64,000 nt of DNA from Planktothrix sp. GU0601_MAG3 (GCA_035193785.1 CP136572.1:3924578-3988577); one strand, 5' to 3'; positions 23,069 through 36,390 are shown, counted from the stretch's first letter. Notes: a model not told the origin generated them from the letters alone. Program-made: numbers and translations.

Positions 23069-23647
23069 CTATAAAAACTCCTTTGCGGTTTTAATCCAAA
23101 GTTCAATTCCTTTTTGAGTTGGTTTCCCTGTGGTAGTAAATGTCCAAATATCGCGTTTATGTTGGGGGCCATAACTAATATGAATCGGTCGATTTTTGCC
23201 ATAAAAATAGAGAGAATCAAAGGGAAGATGTTGTTTTAAAATCCAATCCACTAATTGATCACTATCTAAATCTAAAATTAGGAAATCACAAGCCGCACCT
23301 AACCTTTGACAGTAATATTCTCCATTTTTTTTAACTTCATGGGCAATATGTTGATCCAATTTAGGAGCTACACGACCATTTTTAATTCCGGTAATCGGAT
23401 CTTTTCTTTCTAAATAAATTCTTAATTCATGGGAACAAAAACCATAGGTTAGTTTAAATTTAGCTAAACCAAAATAATCAATAACCGGATCAATAATATA
23501 ATAATTTAGGTCTTTTAATGCTTGAATAGATGCTGCTGAATTAGGATAGGGATTGATTTTATCAGAATATTTTTGATAAGTATTTGTACAGGTACAAAAA
23601 TCATTTAAGCTAAGATATTTTCCTAATTTAACATTTTTCATAGACAA
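23069..23647 (-). CDS. Peptidase M15-like fold protein
   Basis: IIDPVIDYFG..LTYGFCS, LDQH, GAACDF and FDSLYFYG..PIHISY (H, D, H zinc-ligand-like pattern). Confidence 0.6.
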   Translation of the reverse strand: MSMKNVKLGKYLSLNDFCTCTNTYQKYSDKINPYPNSAASIQALKDLNYYIIDPVIDYFGLAKFKLTYGFCSHELRIYLERKDPITGIKNGRVAPKLDQHIAHEVKKNGEYYCQRLGAACDFLILDLDSDQLVDWILKQHLPFDSLYFYGKNRPIHISYGPQHKRDIWTFTTTGKPTQKGIELWIKTAKEFL

Positions 23648-23755
23648 TTGACTAGATTTTTGACTATCATATAATTAATGTTAGCGGAATCCGAAACCAC
23701 GGGAGCTATTTTTGTAGTTAACCAAAATCACATTATCTTCCAACCCTAAACGATT

Positions 23756-24347
23756 ATGTCTAACCGAACTGAAACATCACTCACCCAGGAAACTCAAAAG
23801 CCATATCCTAATTTTAGGAGGAATTGTTGCTTTCCTGTGGATAATTGAAATTATTGATTTTTTTGTATTTAGAGGCGGTTTAAATCGCTTAGGAATTCGT
23901 CCCCATCATCTTCAAGGGTTACAAGGTATTTTCTTTGCTCCTTTTTTACATGGAAATTTTAACCATTTAGTCGCCAATACCTTACCCTTGATTGTTCTGG
24001 GTTGGTTTGTGATGTTGCGGGATGTTAAAGACTTTTTTGTTGTCACATTCATAACCATAATTTTCAGTGGTTTTGGGGTATGGTTATTTGGTTCACCTAA
24101 TACAATTCATATTGGGGCTAGTGGAGTTATTTTTGGTTATTTAGGATTTCTCCTATTAAGGGGGTTTTTTGAACGCAGTTTTGCTTCTATTGCCTTATCT
24201 TTAGTTGTGGGTTGGCTTTATGGGGGATTAATTTGGGGAGTTTTTCCCTCACAATATGGGATTTCTTGGCAGGGACATTTATTTGGATTTATCGGTGGTG
24301 TCTTCGCTGCACAAATGCTTGCCAAATCCTATCGAAATAAAGCCTAA
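23756..24347 (+). CDS. Rhomboid family intramembrane serine protease (frameshift near 23789)
   Basis: FLHGNFNHLVAN, HIGASG and SWQGHLFG. Confidence 0.92.
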
Positions 24348-24469
24348 TTAGATCTGCCCAAAATTACTAAATTTAGGTATAATAAGTATAACACCCTCTA
24401 TAACAGAGTCAAAATTCTGCCCATAGAGGGTGTTAATTTTATCTCAAAATAACAATTATAAAAAATTAA

Positions 24470-25241
24470 ATGGACTGGCTTTCTATTTCAGGAAATTGGG
24501 TGTTAATTCCCCCTCGCCCCCAAGCAATTGTGCACTTTTTGGGTGGGGCTTTTGTCGCAGGTGCACCCCATTTAACCTATCGTTGCTTACTCGAAGAACT
24601 AGCCGATCACGGTTATGCAATTGTGGCGACTCCTTTTATTAATAACCTAAATCATACCGCGATCGCTCAAGAAGTTTTTGAGATATTTGAAGATGGATTA
24701 TATGATTTATATGATTTACAATTATTAAAAAGGCGAGGCTTACCCATTTATGGATTAGGACATAGTATGGGCTGTAAATTGCATTTATTAATTGGTTCTT
24801 TATTTCCCATAGAAACGTTCGGGAAATATTTTAATGTCCTTTAATAATTATCCCGCCCGTCGGTCAATTCCTTTAATGGAACAACTGTCTCAAATTATGG
24901 ATGTAGAGTTTACACCATCTCCCGAAGAAACTAATATTTTAGTTAGCGATCGCTATCAAATTAGAAGAAATCTTTTAATTAAATTCTCTAAAGATAATAT
25001 TGATCAAACCTCTAATTTACATCAAATTTTAGATCAAAGATTCCCCGGGTTAACCACATTACAAAAATTAAATGGCGATCATCAAACTCCCCTGGGTCAA
25101 AATCTAAGCTGGTCAGTGGGAGAAACCTTTACCCCCTTAGATGCCATTGGTCAATGGATTAAACAAGCAGTTTATCAGGATTTAAACCAACTAAAGAAGC
25201 AAATTTTGTATTGGTTAAATCCTTCATTAAAATCACCATAA
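24470..25241 (+). CDS. DUF1350 family alpha/beta hydrolase (frameshift at 24812-24816)
   Basis: HFLGGAFV, GHSMG, EFTPSP and HQTP. Confidence 0.85.
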
Positions 25242-25435
25242 AGACACTGTTTAAACTAAGTTACGATGGTCAGGAAACTAAGAAATTAGTCAGTTAAAAG
25301 CCTAATAATTGAATTTCACAATAGAATCATAAAAAAGCACACGCCCTACAATTTAAACAAAGGGTGTGCTTTTTTATTGGAAATATATTATTATCTTAAT
25401 GGACAAAGCCCTGAAGGGCTTACTACGGTTTTTTT

Positions 25436-26774
25436 CTAAGAAGCATCAAACCTTAACGCCTGACCCCGAACTTCTGAATTAACTTTTCCATTTCCATAAA
25501 CCACTTTTCCCCCCACTAGGGTATATTCTGGCCATCCAGTCAACTCCCAACCTTCAAAGGAACTCCAACCACATTTACTTAATACTTCCTCGCGTAATAC
25601 CGGACGATAATTACTTAAATCTACTAACACTAAATCTGCATCATAACCCACTTCTATTTTACCTTTGTTGGGGATTTTATAAGCTTTTGCCACGGCGGTA
25701 GACATCCAATTAGAAACTTGTTCAACGGTGCATTTTCCTGCCATAGCTTGTGTTAACATTAAGGGTAAAGAAGTCTCAACTCCGGGCATTCCCGAGGGTG
25801 TATTCGGATACCCTTTGGCTTTTTCTTCTAAGGTATGGGGGGCGTGATCCGTAGCGATAAAATCAATCACTCCATCTAATAACGCTTGCCATAATATCTG
25901 ATTATCTTGGGGCGATCGCAAGGGGGGATTCATCTGGGCTAAGGTGCCAATTTTCTGATAATCTGTTATATTTAATAATAAATGCTGGGGCGTGACTTCT
26001 GCTGTCACCCAGTCTGGTTTTTCTTGCCGTAATAATTCCGCTTCTTCCCCCGTTGATAGATGCAGAATATGTAATCGTCGTTGATATTTTTTAGAGAGTT
26101 TTAAGGCGAGTTGAGTGGCTTCTAATGCCGCTTGATTATCTTGAATGGTAGAATGAATTGCTGGATCAGTAATTCCGGCAAATTCTTGGCGGCGTTGATT
26201 AATTCGGGCTTGATTTTCCGCATGAAACCGCAATTAAGCGATCGCCTTTTGCAAAAATACTCTCTAATATTTCTTCCTGATCAATTAATAAATCCCCGTG
26301 CATTGACCCCATAAATATCTTAATTCCCGGGGTCGGATTTGCCTCTAATAAATCTGGTAAATTTTCCGCCGTCGCCCCAATAAAAAAGCCATAATTAACA
26401 ATACATTTTTCCGCCGCCCGTCTTAATTTATCATCTAAAAGGGCTTGGGTAGTGGTTAAGGGGCGAGTATTAGGCATTTCTAAAAAAGAAGTCACTCCCC
26501 CCTTGGCACAGGCACAACTAGCCGTATATAAATCTTCCTTATATTCTAAACCCGGTTCTCTAAAATGTACCTGGGGATCAATCACACCGGGCAATAAAGT
26601 CAACCCTTCTGCATCAATAATTTCCCAATCATCTTCCCCGAGGACATGATGATCAATTTCTGGAGCTATCTCAACAATTTTACCGTTAATAATGGCAACA
26701 TCTCCGAGTAAAAAATCACCATTTGGTAACAAAATCCGGGCTTGATTAATCAATACACTATAAGAATCAGACAT
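25436..26774 (-). CDS. Dihydroorotase-family amidohydrolase (frameshift at 26224-26228)
   Basis: PGVIDPQVHFREPG, EMPNT, restored AVHAE, MNPPLR and ATDHAPH. Confidence 0.9.
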
Positions 26775-26902
26775 AATTACCTCAATCTAATCTGCTATAA
26801 AACTATTTAACCGCGAATTTGTCACCAGAGGGAACTATTACCCCCCAATGTTAGACAAATTTGATATGATCAGTGTAGTTATTTGTCCTGTGACCACCGC
26901 TT

Positions 26903-27505
26903 ATGAGTAGCCTACCCAATCAAGAACCAGATCCCGTTAAATCTTCTCCTCAACAGCAAGAAAACCCCTGGGTAGAAATCCTAAAAACCGTTAGTTTGAG
27001 TATTTTCCTAGCCTTGGGGATTCGGACATTCGTTGCAGAAGCTCGTTATATTCCCTCTGGGTCGATGTTACCGACTTTAGAAGTTAATGATCGATTGATT
27101 ATTGATAAGGTCGGCTATAAATTGGTTAACCCGAATCGGGGGGATGTCGTGGTCTTTAACCCCACAGAAGAACTAAAAAAACAATATAAGGACGCCTTCA
27201 TCAAACGAATTATCGGTTTACCCGGTGAAACCGTGGAGGTGAAAAATGGCTCCGTATTTATTAATGGTCAGCCTCTCCCAGAAAAGTATATTGCAGAACG
27301 GCCCGAATATAACTGGGGGCCGGGAACCGTTCCCGACGGCCAGTATTTGGTTTTGGGAGATAACCGCAACAATAGCTACGATAGCCACTATTGGGGTTTT
27401 GTCCCCCGGGAAAATATTATTGGTCGGGCAACGGTGCGGTTTTGGCCCCCTGACCGAATGGGTGGACTCGGTGATCCCGATTATCCCCCAAATGAACGGC
27501 AATAG
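26903..27505 (+). CDS. lepB: Signal peptidase I
   Basis: IPSGSMLPTL, FIKRIIG and GDNRNNSYDSH. Confidence 0.95.
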   Translation: MSSLPNQEPDPVKSSPQQQENPWVEILKTVSLSIFLALGIRTFVAEARYIPSGSMLPTLEVNDRLIIDKVGYKLVNPNRGDVVVFNPTEELKKQYKDAFIKRIIGLPGETVEVKNGSVFINGQPLPEKYIAERPEYNWGPGTVPDGQYLVLGDNRNNSYDSHYWGFVPRENIIGRATVRFWPPDRMGGLGDPDYPPNERQ

Positions 27506-27617
27506 GCAATATTTTTGGCCTTTTCCTCCAGTGTTGTCCGTTATATTCTCAATCCTGGGGGATTGACAAATTTCGGAATCTATGGCAGGATTGATAACTG
27601 TGCAATTAAATAAAAAA

Positions 27618-27701
27618 GCGGAACTGGCGGAATTGGTAGACGCGCTAGATTCAGGTTCTAGTGTTTGCAAAGACTTCCGGGTTCAAGTCCCGGGTTCCGC
27701 A
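27618..27701 (+). tRNA. tRNA-Leu(CAG)
   Basis: Acceptor GCGGAAC/GTTCCGC; anticodon arm CTAGA-TTCAGGT-TCTAG; long variable arm; GTTCAAG. Confidence 0.95.
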
Positions 27702-27766
27702 TTGAACGGTTAGGGGTGTGAATTTCGCACCCCTATTGTTGTTTTGTTGTTTATCCATCAGGTCTT

Positions 27767-28541
27767 ATGTTAACGAGTCTGCAAAATCCATTGGTAAAGC
27801 AAATTCGCAAGCTGCATCAAGCCAAGGGACGCAAAGAACACCAGTTATTTTTAATCGAAGGAACCCACTTAGTAGAGGCCGCCTGTGAGGTAGGTTATCC
27901 CCTAACCACGGTGTGTTATACCTCCGCCTGGCAGGGGCGTCATCAACCGCTGCTTGAACGTTTAAGCCAGGATACCCCCCGATGCGAATGGGTGAGTCCC
28001 GAAGTATTGGAGGCGATGGCGACAACCGTTCATCCCGATGGCGTGATTGCCCTCGCACCTCGAATTCCCCCCCAACCCCAGACCCTGCAAGGTTTAGGCA
28101 TTGCTTTAGAAACCCTACAAGATCCGGGTAACTTAGGAACCATTATTCGGACAGCAGCGGCCACGGGGGTAGAGGGGTTGTGGTTAAGTTCCGATAGTGT
28201 GGATTTGGATCACCCGAAAGTTTTAAGGGCTTCTGCGGGGGCTTGGTTTCGCTTAAATAAAACCGTTAGCCCTAACTTAGCCAGGGATATCAGCCATTTT
28301 CAGCAACAGGGATTACAAATTGTAGCGACGGTTTCCCCAGGCTTCGATGTCCTATTGGCAAGTGGATTTGACCCGGCCGACTCTCCTGGTATTTGGGAAT
28401 GAAGGGGCTGGACTTTCTCCCGATATTCAAGCCCTAGCAGACCATCAGGTTCAAATTCCATTACAGCGAGGGGTGGAATCCCTGAATGTGGGGATTTCCG
28501 TCGCGCTGATGCTCTATGAAGCCCAACGTCAAGCGATTTAA
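27767..28541 (+). CDS. TrmH/SpoU family RNA methyltransferase (frameshift at 28331-28335)
   Basis: QDPGNLGTIIRT, GNEGAGL and ESLNV. Confidence 0.92.
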
Positions 28542-28547
28542 AACGAG

Positions 28548-28814
28548 TTATTCTGGGAACTCGTCCTCCGTGGCAATATGTTGATCATGTAGATATTGTT
28601 CAATATCTGAGATCGCAGCCTCCAAATCCGATAAGCTAATGGCCTCGCGGACTTTGGCAGGGGGGGGAACAGAAACTTTTGGTTCTCGATGTGCGGGTTG
28701 CGAGTTGGGAGTCACTGCCTCCGACTCTTGGAATGCGCGTAATAATTCTTGATCAAAAGACTCAATAAATTTTTCGGCGGCACTACGACGCAGATCCTGG
28801 GGTTTTTGATTCAT
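28548..28814 (-). CDS. Conserved cyanobacterial hypothetical protein
   Basis: RRSAAEKFIES...LEAAISDIEQY; AGGAG upstream. Confidence 0.65.
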   Translation of the reverse strand: MNQKPQDLRRSAAEKFIESFDQELLRAFQESEAVTPNSQPAHREPKVSVPPPAKVREAISLSDLEAAISDIEQYLHDQHIATEDEFPE

Positions 28815-29218
28815 GACGGGGTGACTCCTGAAACGGTAAATCTTTGGCTGTTACAAAAAACAACCCGATTAACTCAGATTCCGAAAGGTACAATGGTCGG
28901 GGAACAGGGAACGGGCAACACCCGGTGAAAAGACTTTGCCTTCAGATTTGCTGGATCAATCTTTGTCCTAACTGTTAGGTGCGACTGCTATATGAACAAG
29001 CATATCGCCTAAAACTAACCTAGCACGTTTATCAGGGCAAATTCATTTTGTGGGTATATCCAAGATAATCCCGATATCCCATTGCGGGTAAGGGCGCGGG
29101 GAAAAATCCCCAATTTCTTAACAATTGAGCTTTTTGGTGTCCGTGTTACTCTGATGTGTGTTGGATTAGAATGTTGATCTAAACCCGTGATATTCAATTT
29201 GGATGGAGCCGTTTATTC

Positions 29219-29608
29219 ATGGATAATCAAACCCCAGCAATTATTAAACCGAAACCGGCCGCGGAGATTCGACTCACACCCGCCGGAAGTGAAAAATCAA
29301 TCCTGCGCGTCCATTCGTCATCTGATCGGGATAAACCTTCGTTTAGTAAACCCCGTCGCCCCGATGTGACCCCCCCTAAACCTTGGGTTGAACTCGAAGA
29401 AGCCCAAAATCAAGGGGGTGAAGTGTTTCATTTGGGGGATCTAATTCAGGTGAGAGCGCCTTGGGGAGATGTGGCGATCGCAGAAATTAAAAATTTCTAT
29501 GAAGTTTCTCCAGGAAGCCTCTGGGCCTGTTTTGTCCCCACTGAAGAACGGGAGAACTGGACATGGAAAGGCGGCTCAATTCGGACGGAACTCTTAAAAA
29601 AAGCCTAG
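29219..29608 (+). CDS. Hypothetical protein
   Basis: 129-aa ORF with upstream GGAG; C-terminal SH3/KOW-like pattern. Confidence 0.5.
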   Translation: MDNQTPAIIKPKPAAEIRLTPAGSEKSILRVHSSSDRDKPSFSKPRRPDVTPPKPWVELEEAQNQGGEVFHLGDLIQVRAPWGDVAIAEIKNFYEVSPGSLWACFVPTEERENWTWKGGSIRTELLKKA

Positions 29609-29755
29609 AATCAGTTATCAGTTATCAGTCATCAGTCAACCGTTATCAGTTTCAAGAGTCGCTCACTGATACCTGATGACTGATAGAGACTCGCCAGCCG
29701 CGCTCACCGCAAGTCTACCAACTGATAATTGATAACTGATGACTGATGACTGATT

Positions 29756-32700
29756 ATGGATGCTACTGAATATCAAGCACTTAATATCTTAATCATTGAT
29801 GATTCTCCGATTAACCTTAAATATTTGGGGAAACTTTTGGCGTTGCATGGGTATCAAGTTCAATTGGCGAATTCTGGGGAGTTGGGCTTAAAGATAGCCT
29901 TAGAGACTTTGCCCAATTTAATTATGTTGGATATTATGATGCCGGATTTGGATGGGTATGAGGTCTGTCAACGCTTGAAAGCGGATGCGACGACTCAGCA
30001 TATTCCTGTTATTTTTGTGAGTGTAATTGAAGAAGTATCGGAAAAAGTCAAAGCGTTTCAAAGGGGGGCGGCGGACTATATCACCAAACCTTTACAAAAA
30101 GATGAAGTTCTAGCTCGAATTCAGCATCAACTAACGATTCAAAGTTTACATCATCAATTCAAAATTCAAAATCTTCAACTGAAAGCTGAAATAGAAACTC
30201 GTCAACAACGGTCAGAAAAATTTTCTAAAGTTTTTTTAAATAGTCCGAATCCAATTACCTTGAGAACATACAAAGAGGGATATTTTTTAGATGTTAACCC
30301 TAGTTTTCTCAAGACCTTTGGCTATCAAGAATCTGAAGTGATTGGGAAACGAGCGATGGACTTGAATTTGTGGGTAAATCCTCAAGATGAACAGGAGTTA
30401 ATCCAAAAAATTCAACAGGGAAATCCCATTCATAATCAGGTGGTCGGGCAACGAACCAAAACCGGGGAAATTAAAGAATTATTATTGTCAGAAGAAGTGA
30501 TTGTATTAGAAAAAAAAACTTATATTTTATCGATTTTTAATGATATTAGCGAACAAAAAATATCCCAAAAAGACAAGAAAAAAATTAAAGAAGCCTTAAT
30601 CACAAGTAAAAATAAATATCTCAACTTAGTTGAAACATCTCAGGATATTATTTGGTCAGTGAATTTACAAGGATATTATACCTCTGTGAGTCCGGCGGTG
30701 AAAATAATTATGGGATATGAACCGGAAGAAGTGATCGGAAAACTATTTTCATATTTTGTCCCCCCGGAGCAAATCTCTTATATTCAAAAGATATTTCGAC
30801 CTATTTTAGCCGGTCGATCCTTAGTTAAAAATCATGTGATTAGTATATCTAAAGAGGGAAAATGGGTGCATTTATTAGTGTGTGCTTTTCCTATTTATAG
30901 TTCCGAGGGAGATTTAATTGGTATCAGAGGTACAGCATCGGATATTACGGAGTATAAAACAACGGAACGAGCTTTACAACTGATTGTAGAAGGAACGGCT
31001 GCAAAAACAGGTCAAGAATTTTTTCGTTCCTGTGTTTACCATTTAGCTGAAGTCTTACAAGTAAGTTATGCTGGTATTTTTAAACTGTTAAAATCTTCCC
31101 CGCCCCAGTTAACAACCTTAGCATTTTGGAATGGCAAAAACTGGCAAAATTATGGGGTTTATGGATTATCGGAAACCCCTTGTGAGCAGGTAATTAAAAC
31201 TGCTCAACCCTGTCATTTTAGTGAAAATGTACAGATTTTATTTCCGAATGATCCAGATTTAGCTGAATTACGAGCTCAAAGCTATTGGGGAATTCCTTTG
31301 TTTGATTCTAATCGAGACGTGATTGGGATATTAGTAATTATAGATACTGAAAATAAACAACTGAATCCGAGTCAAGAATCTATTTTGAAAATTTTTGCAG
31401 ATCGGGCGGGTGCCGAACTAGAAAGACAATTAGCAGAGGAATTACGGCAATATCGATCCCGCATGGATAACCTGCTGACCCATATTTCTCGGCTATTTAT
31501 TAATGATACTATAGAAAATGCTATTCGTTATACCCTGCAAGAAGTCTGTCAGTTTCTTGACTGTGATTGGGCATTTATTTTTAATTCTAATTCTGAATTT
31601 ATGCCTTGGAAAATTACGGCAGAATGGTGGAAAACAGAAGAACAAAGTGGAGATAATTATTGTCCAATTTTATCCAGTCAAACGATTCCATCTATTCATC
31701 AACAATTACAACTGAAAAGAACTGAAATTCTGGCAATTTCCGATCTGGATCAATTTCCTGATTTACTTCCCCAGGATCAAAGAACCCTAGGGCGTCTCAA
31801 TTGTCAATCCTTGATTTTCATTCCCTTAATTAAAGGTGGAAAATCCCGGGGATTTATGGGGATTATGAACTTCCATCGATCTACTGAATGGACATTAGAA
31901 ACCCAGAGTTGGCTAAAACTCGTGGGCGAATTAATTGCCATTCGTCAAACCACAGAAGAAACCCAACAGGCATTAGAACGGAGTAAAACTCGCTATCAAA
32001 ATTTAGCGGATAATATACCCGGGATGATTTATCAATTCGTCCTACATCCCGACGGTTTCTATGAGTTTACCCTATGCCAGTTCAGGATGTTGGGATTTAT
32101 ACGGTTTATCTCCCGCCCAGGCGATGATTAATGTACATCAATTATTTGAAAAAGTTCATCCCGAAGATTTTCAAGGAGTGTTAAATTCTATCTGTGATTC
32201 GGCTGAAAGTTTAAGACCATGGAGTTATACCTGGCGGATTATTAATCACGAGGGTCAAATTAAATGGTTGCAGGGAAATTCCCGTCCCGAATCCCAACCA
32301 GATGGCAGCGTTTTATGGGATGGTTTAATTATTGATATTACCCAAACTAAAGAGGCGGAAACCCTACTGCGGGAAACAGCCCGACGCCAACAAACCCAAG
32401 CGCGAATTATTGGAAGAATGCGTCAAACCCTGGATGCGGAGACAATTTTTGCCACGGCGACTCAGGAACTCCGTTCTGAATTAAATAGTGATCGTGTGGG
32501 AATTTATCAGTTTAATTCCGATGGTCAAGGTCAATTTGTGGCAGAATCCTTGGCATCAGGTTATCAACCTTTAATCTATCAATCAATTCAAGACTTACAC
32601 TTTGATCCGAGCAGTTTTGAACCGGAAAATTGCGTTTTATCGAGTTTAAATGAGGAGGATAAAATTCAAGATACCTATTTGAGAGATATTCAAGAAGGAG

Positions 32701-34602
32701 TGCATCGCGATGGCTTGAGTTATTTGTGTATTTCTGATATTTACCAAGCTGGATTTTCCGATTGTTATTTACAGTTATTAGAACGGATGCAGGTTAAAGC
32801 CTATTTAATTGTCCCGATTTTTTGTCAAATGGTGTCACCGACAGTGGACGTTACACTCGAAAGTTTTACCATGGTTCCAGCTAAGTTAAAATTATGGGGA
32901 CTTTTAGCGGTCTATCAACATTCCAGTTCCCGTCAGTGGCAAGCATCAGAAATTAATTTAGTCGTACAAATTGGTGCCCAATTAGGAGTGGCATTGCAAC
33001 AGGTGGCATTATTAACCCATACTCAAAAACAATCAGAAGAACTTTCTCAAGCTAAGGAAGCCGCCGATGCTGCCAACCGAGCTAAAAGTGAATTTTTGGC
33101 AAATATGAGCCATGAATTACGCACTCCTCTGAATGCAATTTTGGGATTTACACAACTGATGAATCTTGATTCTAGCCTAAGTTCAGAACAACAAGAACAT
33201 ATTGGGATTATTCATCGGAGTGGCAAACATTTATTAGCCTTAATTAATGATATTCTGGAGATGTCTAAACTAGAAGCCGACCGGATCAGCTTAAATCCGA
33301 CTCGCTTTGATTTATTTCAAGGGTTAGATTATATTCAAAATTTACTTAAAACAAAAATTAAAGCTAGGGGATTAGAATTTGAATTAGAACGGGCTGAAAA
33401 TCTGCCCCAATGGATTATTGCCGATGAAAATAAACTCAGACAAATTCTACTGAATTGTTTAGGACATTTGATGGGTTGGACAGAATCACAGATGCTCCGA
33501 GTTCGAGTTAAACCCCTATTCCCCCAGGGGGAATCCTCGGGTTGGGAGCCTAATTTCTCTACCCACAATATGCAACTGGAATTTGAAGTTGAAACCACCG
33601 TATCGAATCGACAATCCTTGGAAATTCGAGATTTATTAAAGCCCTTTACATCGATTCAACGCAGTCTCACCTTCCACAATACCGAACAATTCAGTTTACC
33701 CATTAGCCAACAATTTCTGCACCTGATGGAAGGAACAATTATGATAGAACATTCCTTAAATCAGGGGATAAAATTAAAGTTGGTAATTCCTGTTCAACTC
33801 CCCGAAATTCCACCGCCATCTCCGGTATCTTCCGCAAGAAAAATTATAGGTCTATCCCCAAATCAACTCAACTATCGCCTGTTAGTAGTCGAGGATCAAA
33901 TTTCCACAGCTTCCCCTCTGACTGAATTTTTGGAAACAGATGGGTTTTAACGTCCAGGAAGCAGAAAACGGGGAGCAAGCTTTAAGCCTTTGGCGGGTGT
34001 GGAAACCCCACTTAATTCTAGTGAAAATATGGATGCCGATTTTGAATGGTTATGAGGCGATGCAAAAAATTCGTCAGGAGGAATTTCCCGGGGAAAATCC
34101 CCTGGAGGGGTTGATCAATTCTGAGGCTGAATGCGAGGGTGTCAGCCCCCATCAAACGATTATTCTAGCAATGATTCCATCGGGGTCAGAGACGGATAAA
34201 CAGTTGGCCTTATCGGTGGGTTGTGATGACTTTTTGTATACCCCTTTTCCAGAGGATGAACTTTTAGATAAAATAGGTGAATATTTGAAGGTGCAGTATC
34301 AATATGCACCCCCATTTTTATCTGAATCATCGGGAGTACCTACCGAGTCCGATAATGCTACTATGACTCAATCTCTAGTTTCTGCGACTCCCTCACAGAT
34401 CATGCCGCTCGAATGGGTAGAACAACTCTATCATGCGGCTGCCCAATGTAGCGATCGCTTACTACTCCAGTTAATCAGTCAAATCCCTCCTGAATATGAA
34501 GCAACGGCCGAATATTTGAACCGCTTAGTGGATAATTTTCGCTTTGATCAAGTGATGGAATGGGCGAAACGACCTGAAGATTCTGCGAAAAACATACAAT
34601 GA
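29756..34602 (+). CDS. Hybrid sensor kinase-like protein REC-PAS-PAS-GAF-GAF-PAS-GAF(CBCR)-HisKA-HATPase*-REC* (frameshifts at 32055 and 33933)
   Basis: LDIMMP REC, PAS motifs, QDTYL...SDCY CBCR GAF and [14 protein letters not shown]; three ORFs join on removing two bases. Confidence 0.9.
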
Positions 34603-36390
34603 TTGAGAACCAACCTGGGATTTGTAAAGGCAATATTTTGATTATCGACGATAATCCTGAAAATTTGCGTCTACTATCGAGAATGTTGATCCGCCGAGGC
34701 TATGAAGTCCGTCAGGCTTTAAATGGAATTATCGCCTTGAGGGCGATTGAAATTCAACTACCTGATATTGTTTTATTAGATATTATGATGCCTCATATAG
34801 ATGGGTATGAGGTGTGTAAAAAGATTAAAAATAATCCTGAAACAGCAAATATTCCAGTGATTTTTTTAAGTGCCTTAGACGAAGTTCAAAATAAAATTAA
34901 AGGCTTTGCGGCTGGGGGGGCTGATTATATTACTAAACCGTTTCAATTTGATGAAGTTTTAGTCCGGGTTCAAAATCAATTGTCGTTACAATTTGCTCGA
35001 CAAAGAATTGTAAAATTGAATACAGAATTAGAACAACGGGTGAAAGAACGTACCCAAGAAACTGGAAAATGTTCATGCCCAATTAATGAAAAAAGCCCTT
35101 TATGATGAGTTGACCGCCCTCCCCAATCGGGTCTTATTCATTCAACATTTGGAATCGACTATTAAACAATTACCAGACCGTCCCAATCATCCCTTTGCGG
35201 TGTTGTTTTTGGATTGCGATCGGTTTAAAGTGATTAATGATTCTTTGGGACATTCCGTTGGGGATCAATTATTAGTTGCTATTGCCCAACGGTTAAAATC
35301 CACCCTATCCCCTACTGATATTTTATCCCGGTTTGGGGGAGATGAATTTGCGATTTTATTAACGGATTTAACCGAACCTAAAATCCCCATTCAAACGGCG
35401 GAGAAAATTATTGCTATTTTGGCGGAACCCTTTGCTATTCTATCCTATCCTATTTATATTAATGCCAGTATTGGAGTAGCCTATAGTCAACCGGACTATA
35501 CCCGACCGGAACAAATTTTACGCGATGTGGATACGGCTATGTATCGGGCAAAATCCCGAGGGATTTCCTGTTATCAAGTTTTTGATCATAGTATGTATAA
35601 AAATGCCCTATCTTTTTTGCAGCTTGATGCGGATTTACGCACGGCAATCAAAGAACAACAACTGGGAGTTAATTATCAGCCGATTATTGCGTTGAAAACC
35701 GGAAAAATTGTGGGATTTGAAGCCTTGGTTTGTTGGGAGCACCCCCAACGGGGTTTAATCCCTCCTAATGAGTTTATTCCCGTAGCGGAAGAAACAGGTT
35801 TAATTACAGAAATTGGTAATTTTGTTTTGCGACAGGCTGGAGCACAGATCTATTGTTGGCAACAACAATTTTCGGAAATTCCCTTAACCATTAGTATTAA
35901 TCTCACCCCTAGACAATTTACTCAAAATAATTTAATTGCCCAACTAGATAAAATTGTTGAACAAACTCATTTGAGTTATAAATGTTTAAAATTGGAAATC
36001 AAAGAAAGTGCAATTATGAATAACGTTAAAACCGCACAAATTATATTAGATCAGTTACGACAACGAGAAGTTCAAATCAGTTTAGATGATTTTGGCACGG
36101 GATATTCTTCTTTGAGTTATCTGCATTCATTTCCCGTTGATACCTTGAAAATTGACCGTTCTTTTATTCAGCAATTAGACGAAGATACTCAACAATTTAG
36201 CCTAGTTCCCGTGATTATTAATATTGCTCAAAAAATGAGGATGAATGTTATTGCAGAAGGCATAGAAACCGCCCAACAATTAAAAAAATTAAGACAGTTA
36301 AATTGTGATTTTGGCCAGGGTTATTTCTTCTGCGCCCCACTCAACCCGGAACAAGCTGTTAACCTACTCCTATCACCGCCCCAATGGTAA
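34599..36390 (+). CDS. REC-GGDEF-EAL c-di-GMP enzyme (frameshift at 35058-35062)
   Basis: LDIMMP, RFGGDEF, GFEAL and DDFGTGYSSLSYL; ATGA overlap with the kinase gene. Confidence 0.93.
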
